Shown piece by piece: positions 12,507-24,000 of a stretch of DNA of 64,000 nucleotides; positions within the stretch are counted from its first letter, which is position 1; each line of letters starts with the position of its first letter. This DNA comes from Tubulanus polymorphus (lineage: Eukaryota; Animalia; Nemertea), in contig NC_134025.1 of NCBI RefSeq assembly GCF_964204645.1, forward strand, positions 28,748,299 through 28,812,298. Reading direction: 5' to 3'. Position numbers and translations under genes: made by a program. Below the pieces are notes generated by a model. The model was not told the origin of the DNA. It made no database searches and was given only the letters and a program-made list of their open reading frames with translations.

Positions 12507-15500
12507 ATGGAGATTTTTGCAAGGTACATAGTGAAGGAGAGAGAAAGAGATTACACATATAGGAAATCTCTCAGGTATGTTAGAAACTCGTTTTGCTGGA
12601 AACCCTGAACATTATGTGACCTTGATGGGTTTCCCTTGATATTCTGAGCTCGGTTTTATAAACTGGTATTCACTTTAAATCAATTTCTTTAATTGATTCA
12701 TTGATTGATTACTCGTAACCTCTGGCTTTAAGAAAATAGCAGTTTGTAAAACTGACCCCATAAGAAATGATGATCCCCAGATCACATCTGATCAAGGTAT
12801 GTTAGTTTTTTTTAACTACCGGTTATCAAATCCATATACATGCAATCTATTTGCTCTGTTTTATAGAATCTATTGTGGCACTTGGAATGTGAATGATCAA
12901 TCTCCACCTCAAGCTCTGCATGCTTGGATTGTTTGTGATGTAGAACCACCAGATGTATATGCTATTGGGTATGTAGGCTATTCGAAAGTGGTATTGGGTT
13001 ATTGAAACCTTCTTGATGAATATTGAAACATAACCCTTTTCTAGCCTTCAAGAAATGGATCTCAGTAAGGAAGCATTTCTTTACAACATATCAAGCCAGC
13101 GTGAGGCTCAGTGGATAGACAAACTATCAATGTCATTACACCCTGATGCAAAATATGAGATGGTAACTATTCCTTTCTTTCCAGTCAGAAATCAACGAAC
13201 TTTTTCTCATATGATTCATTTGGTTCTGTAGGTTCACTATGAACGATTAGTGGGAATTATGTTGATGGTGTTCGTTCAAGAAAAACACATGCCATTTGTA
13301 AAAGAAGTGTTCACAAAGAGTGTTGCGACTGGTATGATGAATAAAATGGTACATACCCACACATTGTACATTGTTCACCATCGACATAAAGTAGTGGCAG
13401 CTTTTATACAAGTATTTATGTTAATTATTTTGTTTTACTAGGGAAATAAAGGTGGTGTAGCATTGAGTTTAAAGCTGTACAACTCATCGATATGTTTTGT
13501 GACATCACATTTAGCGGCTCATCTCGAAGAATATGAGAGACGAAATCAGGTACGGTTCAATTTTTTCTATTTGATTCTTGAACTTACATACCATTTCTAA
13601 TTTGAAATATTAATTCATTGTTGTATTTTTTGCAGGATTTCCATCAGATATATGATAGAATGATTTTCATCGGCTCAGAACTCTATACTATAGAAAGCCA
13701 TGAGTAAGATGTTTTGACAATTTATGATATTGATTCCTTGTCAATATTAATCATGAAATCGTTTTCATTCAAGATTTATCTTTTGGTTTGGTGACCTCAA
13801 CTACCGCATTGATGGAATCAATATTGACGTTATAAAAGAATGTATAGCGAAAAAAAATGATTTGGATTTGATTTATTTATTCGACCAGGTAAAAGTTACA
13901 AAGCTAAAATTTCAAAACAGATTGCTCTAGGTTTTTTCATGGCTTTTTCCAATACATACATATTTTACTCATGTTATGCCATTATAGCTTAGAACTGAAA
14001 TGAGAAAAGGGAATGTTTTTAAGCGATTCGAAGAAGGCAAACCTACTTTCAATCCAACTTTCAAATATGACCCTGGAACAGACAATTGGGATTCAAGGTA
14101 TCAATTTACTACCTCTGCCACTTGCCTTTCAAATGAATTGTGTTTGATGTTATTTTAGTTTACTTTACAGTGAAAAGAATCGTAAACCAGCCTGGTGTGA
14201 TAGGATTTTGTGGTGTGGATCTCACATAAAACAGTTAGAATATAGAAGTCACCCGATATTAAGAATCAGTGACCATAAACCAGTCAGTGCTTTATTTGAT
14301 GTTCAGGTACCAGTATATGTTCATATTCGTTAACTACTTCAAATTTCATGATAAAAGTCTTATCTCATTTTGTATAATGGTTCTCGTTAGGTTTCAGTCA
14401 TAGATGACAACGCTTATAAAAGTGTAATGATTGAAGTTATCAATGAACTTGAAAGAGAAAAAAAGGAAAACCAACCAAAACTTACAATTAAAGTTGATCC
14501 TAATGAGGTATTTAACATTAAGAATTAATTCTAATGATTCTAATCTACTATATAAACTAATGAAATAGTGATCATGGAAATGTATTTTACAGTTGCATTT
14601 TGAAAATGTTAAGTTCATGGAACCTCAACTTAAGAGGATAACTATTACAAACAATGGGAAGGTAGGCCGGCTCCCCAAGTTTTGAACTTGATATCATACG
14701 TAAGTAAATGTATGTACATAAATCTAAAATGCATACGCTATTTTCCAGTATCCAGTACAATCTAGATTTATTGAAAAATTGGATGGAGCAATAAGTCTAC
14801 CTTGGTTGAAAGTATACACCCAAGACCTATGTCTCCAACCTGGTAAACGAAGTAACCTGATGCTTAATTTAAGAATGGAATAATTGTTTTAGAATGCTTT
14901 AAACTTTCGTTAATTTGTTCCAGGGCAAGAAATAAGCATAGATGTGGAAGTTTTTGTTAATATCGACTATGCAGGGATGCTAAGTAGCGGAGACAATGTA
15001 TTAGAAGATATTCTAGTTCTTCAGGTTGTGTCAATGCCTGATTTATTCATATCCTTTTTGAATGAATGGATTTCTATTGCTTATAATTAAAGTTTGAGAC
15101 CCTCCATGATACTGACACATATAATATGCACAATGAAATCTGATATACATATACCATTCAATCATTATATATACATGTATGTACACCATTATGTTGATTA
15201 CCTACAAAATCTTATGTTGATTAACTACAAAATCTGTATAAAAATCGTTAACAAAAATTATATCTCTGTGACTGGTGGCTATACAAATAGCTGTTTTGGT
15301 TCACCACTAGAATCGAGACAGCCAATGAAATTAGTAAGCTTAAAATAGTCAGCAATTTATTGATCATGTAGATGATTTCGTATCGACATCATTCTTTTCT
15401 ATATTCAATAGGAATACAGACCAGAAATAACATCTAGCTCCACAGACAATGCTAGAAAGGGTATTTGCTTCGAGGTTCCCCTCGAAATTTGGCGATTAGT

Positions 15501-16742
15501 TGATCACATATACAGAAATGGTTTAGAAGAGGTAATGTTAGTTTTTATTTTTGATACCGACCTTACTTTCCTGCGTCTACTCAAAGCATTCAGTTCATTA
15601 ATCTCTTGTGTATTTGATGGTTCTTAACTGTAGGAGGGATTGTTTCAAGAAGGTCTTTTATTATGGAACTTACAAACAATACGTGAAACACTAGATGCTG
15701 GTGATACTGAAGAATTTTGTATCTTTTTCTGTCCTTTTTCTGAGAGTACCATTCTTTAAGATTTCTGAACATGGTACAATTATTTCTTAACTTAACTCAT
15801 CAGGTGAATCAGTTCATACAATTGCCGAAACATTGTTAATTCTTCTTGATGCCCTGCCGGAACCAGTTATACCTAGCAATTTCTACCAAAGATGTTTAGA
15901 CAGTTGTAATGATGAGGAGTTAGCTAAAGAGGTACTGGTAATATACCATTGAGTATGCACTTTTGATTGCCAAAAAGTAGCCAGCTAGTGCATTTACACA
16001 TGAAATATTTGTTATTTTAGGTCGTGTATAATCTTCCTCCCGTACATCGAAGTGTATTTCATTATCTTTGTTCATTCCTGAGAGAGCTCCTAAAAAATCA
16101 AGAATCAAATAAGCTGGATACAGAATTCCTCAGTATGTTGATCACATTATCTGGATAAGAGATGTCAATTGTAAAACATTTATAAGTACCTCACTTGGAA
16201 TAACAATGTTATTTTTCAATTTTTAGCTTGGATTTTTGGCAATATCATTCTGAAATGCCCATTTGCCAAGACTAAACTCGGTAAGTTGAATAAGATATCA
16301 TCATATAGAACTAATATACCGGGTACTGGTAGTTAAGTTTTTTTTTCATCTTTTTGTGATTGAATTTGCAGTGCCAAAATCTGATGGAGTTGTAAGGCGA
16401 GTGCAAGATGATTCTTTTAATGAATCGGAAAGAGTTGAAGAATTCATGAAACATTTTCTGCTGGAAAATACCGATGGTGATGCGGTGCCAGTTGTGCTCA
16501 AGGAGGAATCGAAACCAGCAGAGAAAATGAAATCCGATGATACCAAAATGATCAAAAGAAAGAAATTGAAAAACTGGTTCAAAAAGAAATCAAATCCAAA
16601 CTCTTCTCAAACTATCCTTAAAAGTTCAATGATTGGGATCAGCCTAATTGTGAATCTGGATGCTGCTGTTGAAAACGAGGAAATATGGAAAGATTTTAGG
16701 GGCAATTATTCAAATTTTGTAGTAAAAAAACTGGAAGTGTAG
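12507..16742 (+). CDS. Tandem duplicate OCRL/INPP5B-like 5-phosphatase lacking the PH domain, with a novel C-terminal extension; about 20 exons
   Basis: [23 protein letters not shown]|[10 protein letters not shown]; retains [48 protein letters not shown] and ASH/RhoGAP-like exons. Intron positions match the upstream paralogue and I saw no in-frame stops in the exons I joined. The start codon is inferred. Confidence 0.9.
15049..15261 (+). other. U12-type intron with AT 5' end; 3' end is either AT (15261) or AC (15252)
   Basis: 5' splice site ATATCCTTTTT at the same codon position as 9536; branch-like TCGTTAAC at 15245-15252; the homologous exon [13 protein letters not shown] starts at 15262. 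Confidence 0.8.
15719..15803 (+). other. U12-type intron, GT-AG, with a weakened donor
   Basis: GTATCTTTTT donor, TTTCTTAAC branch at 15783-15791, AG at 15802-15803; same position as intron 10132-10236. Confidence 0.75.
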
Positions 16743-17234
16743 AATGAGTGTCTCTGTTATGAATCAAAGCTTCTATTTGGTTTTGTTTTGTGTAATCTGA
16801 TTATTCCAGCTTAAATCATAATAAAAGTATACCGGTACTCTTTGCTTAAAGTACGAGTTGACTTATCGTTGTTTTTTTCTACTGAATGGTGGGGTTCGAA
16901 CCTGTATGCGTAAACCGGACTATGCTGAATAGGAATTAAACCAGGAAGTGCTAGTCTGCTTAACCTTTGTTTTTTGTCAGCTGATTTTCTGTTTACATGA
17001 TTGATTTTTTAAGTGCAAGCACCCCGTAACTGGTATAAGAGATATACGAGCAGTACCTCATTGTTGCAGTATAAAATAAAGCTTCCATGGTAAATTGTTT
17101 TGGTTTTGATGACATTTCATTCGCCCACACCCAGCCATGGCCCATATTCCGCATGTAATTCACAGGGTCAGGGGCGGTCATCCTTATATTACCGAGATGA
17201 CGTATTTTACCGAGATCAACCGAGATGAAATGAA

Positions 17235-17298
17235 ATCATCCAGTATCCCTGGCACTATATATATTTTTATATATATAGTGCCAGGGATACTGGATGAT
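17235..17298. repeat. Perfect inverted repeat, 30 bp arms with a 4 nt spacer
   Basis: ATCATCCAGTATCCCTGGCACTATATATAT, then TTTT, then its exact reverse complement. Confidence 0.95.
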
Positions 17299-18205
17299 CT
17301 AAGCTACAGTTCACCCCCAAACTTATGTTACGAACCCCTGTGTCGTGATATGATCAGACTATTTCTAGTTCAATCAGTCAATTCAATAAAAAAGTGGCTC
17401 ACTTTAATTATTACTACTACTACATGCCATAATGAATGTAGACATATTATCCATTTATCGGATTAATTTGGTATATTCAAAATGAAGCGCTCAACACACT
17501 AACCCCGTATTGGCTCTGAAAGGAGCCTTTATAATTATTGAATATATGACATTACACAAGACGAGTGACTGCTCTGAATGAGTTCACAGTTCTGGGGTTA
17601 TACAAAAAAAGATGGTTAAAGTTGGACAAATTCTATGGCAGCAATGCAATTTCAATTGTTACCTTTTATGACATTTATGCACCATTTAGACTAACTTTTA
17701 GCAAATGGCCCAAGCTGGGGTTAAAATGTGGATTGTAGGGTCAAACATTTGTAAATTGATAATGAACTCTTAGACTAAGATGATACAGCAGAGTCGTCGG
17801 AAGGAATTTTTCAGTGGTGAGGCTTATTTCTGAAGGGGGGATCTGGTTATAGTCTGGAGGTCTCTAGACAGGTGATGTATAGTTCACAGCAATTAGTGTT
17901 AGAAGTTTTAAGATAAAAGTGAGTTTATCTGATTGTTAGTGATTGTGTATAGTATATCATGCCACATTGTAGGGCTGGTATTTTAAATTGAACTGTTCAG
18001 GTAATTTGAATAATACCAGTTCGAGTTTCTTCCTTGTCGTTAAAAACCTGGCTATTCGTTTATACAAGGAAGTGAAATTCCCTATTCATTGAAATGATTG
18101 CAGTAATATTGTGAATACGTGGTATTAGCTTCGAATCGTTACTGTAGGGTGGTTGAAGTCAAGTTGAAGCATTTTCATTTTTCATTTTACAGTTTTTATT
18201 TCGAG

Positions 18206-19689
18206 ATGCTTCTTCAAGTTTCGACTGTATTATTGCTTGTTGCATTATGGTAAGATATCAATTGTGTTTCAGTCGTTTTCACTCATATTTTGTGTTACAT
18301 TTGATAAATCTTTTTGCTAGCATGAGTCAAGAATATGAGTGGGATCATTTAGTGTTTACGAGACAGTGGCCGCAAGGTGTTTGTATGGATTTTAACCACC
18401 AGGTAACGAAAATCAGTTTTCCCAAAGAATGTACATAAATAAATCATTCCTAGAATTGAGACTGTATTCAATTACTTCTTTTTAAGCATGAAGGAGAATG
18501 CTTCATTCCGAGTGACATAAAATCCTGGACCATTCATGGAATCTGGTAAGTATTTCTCTTTTTAGGGCACGTTTAATTAGGAAGAAAAGTGATATGTCAC
18601 ATGAATATTTTTATTCTAGGCCTTCAGAAGGAACTGCTCATGGACCTAGTGACTGTAAAATGTCAACACCGTTCGATGAAAATGCGATCAAAGTAAGTTT
18701 AAAGATAACTCTTTTAGTTAAAATGTTTTTCTCGGTCTGATTTAACCATAAGCAACATATGTGAAATGATACTTTTAGAGTCTGTTGCCAGCGTTGCACC
18801 ATTTCTGGCCGAGTTACAAAGCCAATCAGCCAATGACGGGTTTCTGGTAAGTACATCAACAAAATGGAGAAGAGTAGAAATATACAAAGAATGTAAAACT
18901 TCATACGGGAATGAAATGATTATCGCAGGAAACACGAATGGGAAAAACACGGTCGATGTGCCTCGAGTCTTCCATCTTTATCTGGAGAGGCGAATTATTT
19001 TGGACGCACAATACAACTTCATCAGTTCTACGATATTGACAGGTAATGAATGTTTAGTCTAAGGTAAAGAGATTATTAGTAAAATACTTTCAAAAGTGGA
19101 AAAGAGATGAATAGAATAAAAACGAAATTTTTCATCAAAACTTTAATTAAATCATTGAAATTAGTCTAACACTTGTCTTAAAGCTATTTGAACTGTGATT
19201 TTCATTTATTCAGTGTATTGTCAAAGAATGGTATCGTACCAAGTGATGATAAAGAGTACAATGTAAGTGGTGTATTATGGAGGTTTTTTGGACAATTCTG
19301 GAAAGCATTGGTAAATATCTGTTATAGGAAAAAATTCTATTTTCAGTACGATGATATAATGAACGCTATGTCTGAAGGATTTGGACATCCCGTATCAATA
19401 CAATGCTTCCACAATTCGGTATGTCTCAATTATATACGATTCAAAATCTACATTTACCATATATGAAATTCATGAAATTTTATTGATTCAATTATTTTAG
19501 TTGACTGGAAAGCAGTACATTGAGCAGATTGAGATGTGTATCGGTAAAGACCTGAAAGTGATGGATTGTCCAACAAGGCTCAAATACATTCCTCATCACA
19601 GATACAGATTATTGAAACGTTCTAATGGTGGAATGTGTTCACAAAACAAGCCTATTTATATTCCTCTTATTCAACATAGTGGCCAATAA
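18206..19689 (+). CDS. RNASET2: Ribonuclease T2 family protein, secreted or lysosomal, 9 coding exons
   Basis: Signal peptide MLLQVSTVLLLVALC; WDHLVFTRQWPQGVC; CAS I WTIHGIWP; CAS II FWKHEWEKHGRC; QIEMC near the C-terminus; GT-AG introns give one continuous frame. Confidence 0.95.
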
Positions 19690-21011
19690 TCTTTGATATG
19701 ATGAATCATTTAATCTTGAATTATACTTACCATCTACAGTAGACTCCTCTTTATTAGGTACTAATCAACTCGGGGAAAACTGTTTACAAGTTGATGAAAT
19801 TATTATTTTTGAAAAGTTTTTCCTTGTCTCTAATTCTTAATTTGACCTATCCAGTGAAATTTAGTTTAAACGTTACAATACCAGGTAAGGTGGAGTTTAC
19901 CTCTTATAGCCTTAGATTCTGTGCATAATTGATAAACTTATTCAAGATATGTTCGATTTATTGGAATATTTTCACTAATATCTGTAAATAATTGTAGTAT
20001 TCATCAACAAATTTTGTATGAAATGTGTAATATTAGCTGTCCAACCTTACCTCAGGGTTATCTGCTGAATATTTATATATATTTATATATATATATATGT
20101 TATTTACACACTGAGCACACAATACAAAGCTTTTTTCGCTTTTTTGTTGAAAAAATAAAATGATGTTTATTGATTGAAAGTTGTGGTTTAGTTTAACTCG
20201 ATCTTGCTGGCATCAGTATCTCAAACACCTGTCATCTGTATTGGTTAGTTAAGAACCGTTTATTACCGGGCACGCATACAACCTGCGGGTCAAGGGAAAG
20301 ACCGCAGCCCGCCACTAAAACAAATGTCCTGGCCCGCAGCCGCTGAATACTCCGGCACGTGCTGCCATCTATACACTTCAAACTGTCAATTAATGGCGAC
20401 CGTTTTAGTTATGGAGGGACCGCATTATTCTTCAATATATATCGCTATTCTCGTGGTATGAATGAATAGATCTGACAGTGGTGACCAGTTTATAAATCTA
20501 TGTTTTAACAGCTACGGAACCCACATACTTACAGGTAATTGTAATGAATGTTTCAAACGCAAATAGTTAAGGAAATTACGCGCGCTTCCTAATCCTAGTA
20601 TAGTATATATAATAGTCCTACTCGCTCCGTCCGTCCACATGACACAGAGCCTTAACGTAACGGGTTTCATAGTAGGTTAATTAGTCAGTGTCAAACTCCG
20701 AGGATAAAAATCTGCTTAGAAAACCACTGAATTAAAGGTTTACCGAGATAAACAGTACCGATTTAGGAGGAGTGTACTGACGTAATTGTAATATGAAAAT
20801 GGGGGGAGGCACTACCTAAAGTCAAAATCTGAAACTCTCTAACTCCATCCATGACTGATCTGTATTGTCTTGTTTGTAAGTTGAATAACTAACTGTTAAA
20901 AATGTAATGATTATTGTTCTGTTTATTTCAGTTTAAGCTGATGATGAGCGATAGATTCACAGGATTTAATATTTAGTTACCGATCAGAGGAATAGCCGAA
21001 TAAACGTTAAA

Positions 21012-24000
21012 ATGGCGACCGCAGCAACGAACAACAAAGCGATGACGTTGAATTTAACGTCAACGATATCAACATCTGGATCGCCGGACGCTTCGCCGAT
21101 CCTTCCTAAACGACGCAGGTTAGCTACAGATATTCCATTTATTAATGGTTCTCTAAGCACGAGCTCAATCAGCAGTGCGTGCGAGTCTCCGACCCTTACA
21201 GCGTGCAGTCCTATCAGGTATGTTTAGGTGTTAACCCTGCATGCATTCTCCGTTGTATGAAGTGGTTTCATCTTTATGTGCTTTTCACATGACGCATGCC
21301 TCTTAATTTCTCACATTTTCCTCTTTTCTCTTCTAGACATGGATTCTAGTCTGGCCAAAATCAGATAGATATAAGTCGAAATAGCACATTTCCGCACTAT
21401 AATCCTAACCCACGCTATTTGCTTAGTCTTTTTTACGACTTGGACTGAAGTATTTTATTCCCTAAACTTCATGGTAGTTGAACCTTACATAGAATACCCA
21501 CTCAGAGACGGTTCTAGGAAAATTTGAAAGCAGGAGTCAGAAAGAAAACAAAAGGAATTCCTCAGATAAAGCAGCCATAGTTAAGGCCGCGAGTCGGGGT
21601 TCCACCTTCGGTGTTAGACATTTGCAAATAAATCCATCTAAAAGTAGAAAGTTCCTGAGATGAGTGTAAAATTCAGTAGTTTTAATCGTCTCTATCTTGA
21701 CCGAAAGAGCTTACTAAATCGACCCCTTTCGCTTAAGGCTCGATGTAATTCTAAACTTTTATTCTTCTATGAATTGTTACGGTTGCCTCTATCATCGATT
21801 GAGGATTTCATGAGTAGAATTGATGTTTCGATATTTCAGGTTTTTCGACGAATCGTGGAATGATAGTAGTAATGTGAGTAGCGCTGGAGAGTCGCCCTCT
21901 CCGGCTCGACGAGTCACGTCGCGTCGAATAAAGAAGGATGCTTTATGGAAGGCTATTGAACCGGCGTATCAATATCTGATGGATGAAGAGATCATGGAGA
22001 CTTGTAAGGTATGAAATCCATCAGCAGGGATTCACAATTCGTTGGAATTAACGAAAATTGGGGATTTCAAATTGATTCTTTGCTGCAGGAAAAAACAGGA
22101 GATTTGGATTCTTTCCTTGAAAATCAGGGAATTTGAATTTTTGATGTCTTATCTTGTTGTTCTTGCTGGTGACGAGTGGCACAAGGAACCCTTCGCAAAG
22201 AACCAGCCTCTGCTGAGGATATCTTATGATTTAATCAGGGATCAATTTTGGTCAAGTGTCGGCTAAAATATCAGGGAATTTGGGATTTTCTGATCTATAA
22301 GAACCCTGCAAACTGGAATAAATTTTTTTGCTATTTACTTAGGCCTATAGCATTGTTAGGAAACAGCCAGAACGTAATTGTGGTCTCTTGAAGCATGGGA
22401 TTTTTTCATGGATCAATATTTTTTCAATAACTCGTCACGTGTTTAAGTTGATTGTTTTTCTTTTGTTTAGTCGACTGAAAGTGATTTATCGTGGGACGAC
22501 GATGACTTGACGATTAATACGAAGGTATCTTTAGCTGAATTCATGCAGCAGTATAAAGAACTGACGGATTGGTTATCTCAACTACACGGTGTAACGCAGA
22601 GACAAGGAATGAGTTTATCTGAACGTTATCTCAATCAGGTAAAGATTATATCTTAAACACCAGTCTTAGACTACACCTAAATCGGTACAGTTGGATTTTT
22701 TTCGTTAGGCCTACCCAATTAAGCGGTTACCGAATTAGAAACAGTGTTTAGTAGTGCAAAGGATAAAATTGCTTACAAAAATATGATTTACCGAGACAAA
22801 CAGTACTGATTTAGGAGTCTACAGAATTGGGATATGAAAGTGATGCAAACAATTCCTTGAAATCTGAAATTTTCTCCTTTAAAACTCCTTATATCCAGGA
22901 ATGACTGATCTGCAGGGACCCTGTATGGGTAATAAAAACCATATGATATTATCAGTGAGATATATTTGAATTTTCTAGTCGTACCATGAAGAGATGTTGC
23001 AACGTTCTCCTCGGCGGAATTTTTTCAACGATTACGCGAAGCAACTGCTTCGTCGTTATCCGAACATGAAGGAGGAGATCAGTATTCGTATGCAGCACGT
23101 TAATAAACAATGGGAAGATCTTGAGTGCGCGATCTGTCCTGATTCTAGCACCGAGAGCGGCTGTGTCCTTACAGGTATAGAATTCATATTTAGAAAACCT
23201 GTTTACCAATATGGGTTGGCCACTCAGGGAATCAGAAAAATCTACAAAAGAAATTCAGGGACTTTGATAAATTTTACCAAAAACCTGGAAAACCGGGAAT
23301 TCGGATAATGCTAATGATCGAAACGTGATTCATAAAAGAATGAATTGTAAAATTTGAAACCTAGAAATTTCTCCGATTCACTCTGATTGAATTTTGTGTA
23401 ATCGCATGCAAAAATCTGGGAAAAACTCAGGACCCAACTCCACAGTTGTGAGTTAAGATTTGACCCTGAGTTAAAACATTGAAAATGAACTAATCTTAAC
23501 TCAGAGTTAACTCTAACTCAGAACTGTGGAACTGGATCCTGGGGATTTGTAAATGGGTAGAAAGTGGCCACCCTTCGTTGCTATTTAGTAGTAACTACTC
23601 TTTTGAGAGCTCAATTACTATGAAAATACTCTCAAAATCAGAGCGATTTCTTGATCGTTTTCTTATCGATGTCAAATTATTGTCATTTTGCTGAAAACTA
23701 CTACAAAGGGAGAGACCATGAGTCGGGTCTGACTACTAAATCTTTGATACTAGGTTGCTCTGAGGTTTATTGATAGATGTCTATTTTCTATGTTGTTTAT
23801 AGATTTGGAAGCTGATTTGAACACTCTGCGTTTGTGGCTCGACGATAAGGAAGCCGTTTTACTTCCTCAAGGCATAAATCCCGAATGGACTATTGAACAG
23901 ATTGAAGATAAATTATGCCATCATCTGGTACGTACGAAAAAGATATCTCTCATCAAATCATGATTTATTCATGATATACAGTATAGTCTTGTCTACTTTT

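Noticed and set aside
12507-16742. Second OCRL copy as an assembly duplication or haplotig
   Set aside because: Exons are substantially diverged at the protein level and the introns differ in length and sequence, so it is an old, real paralogue.
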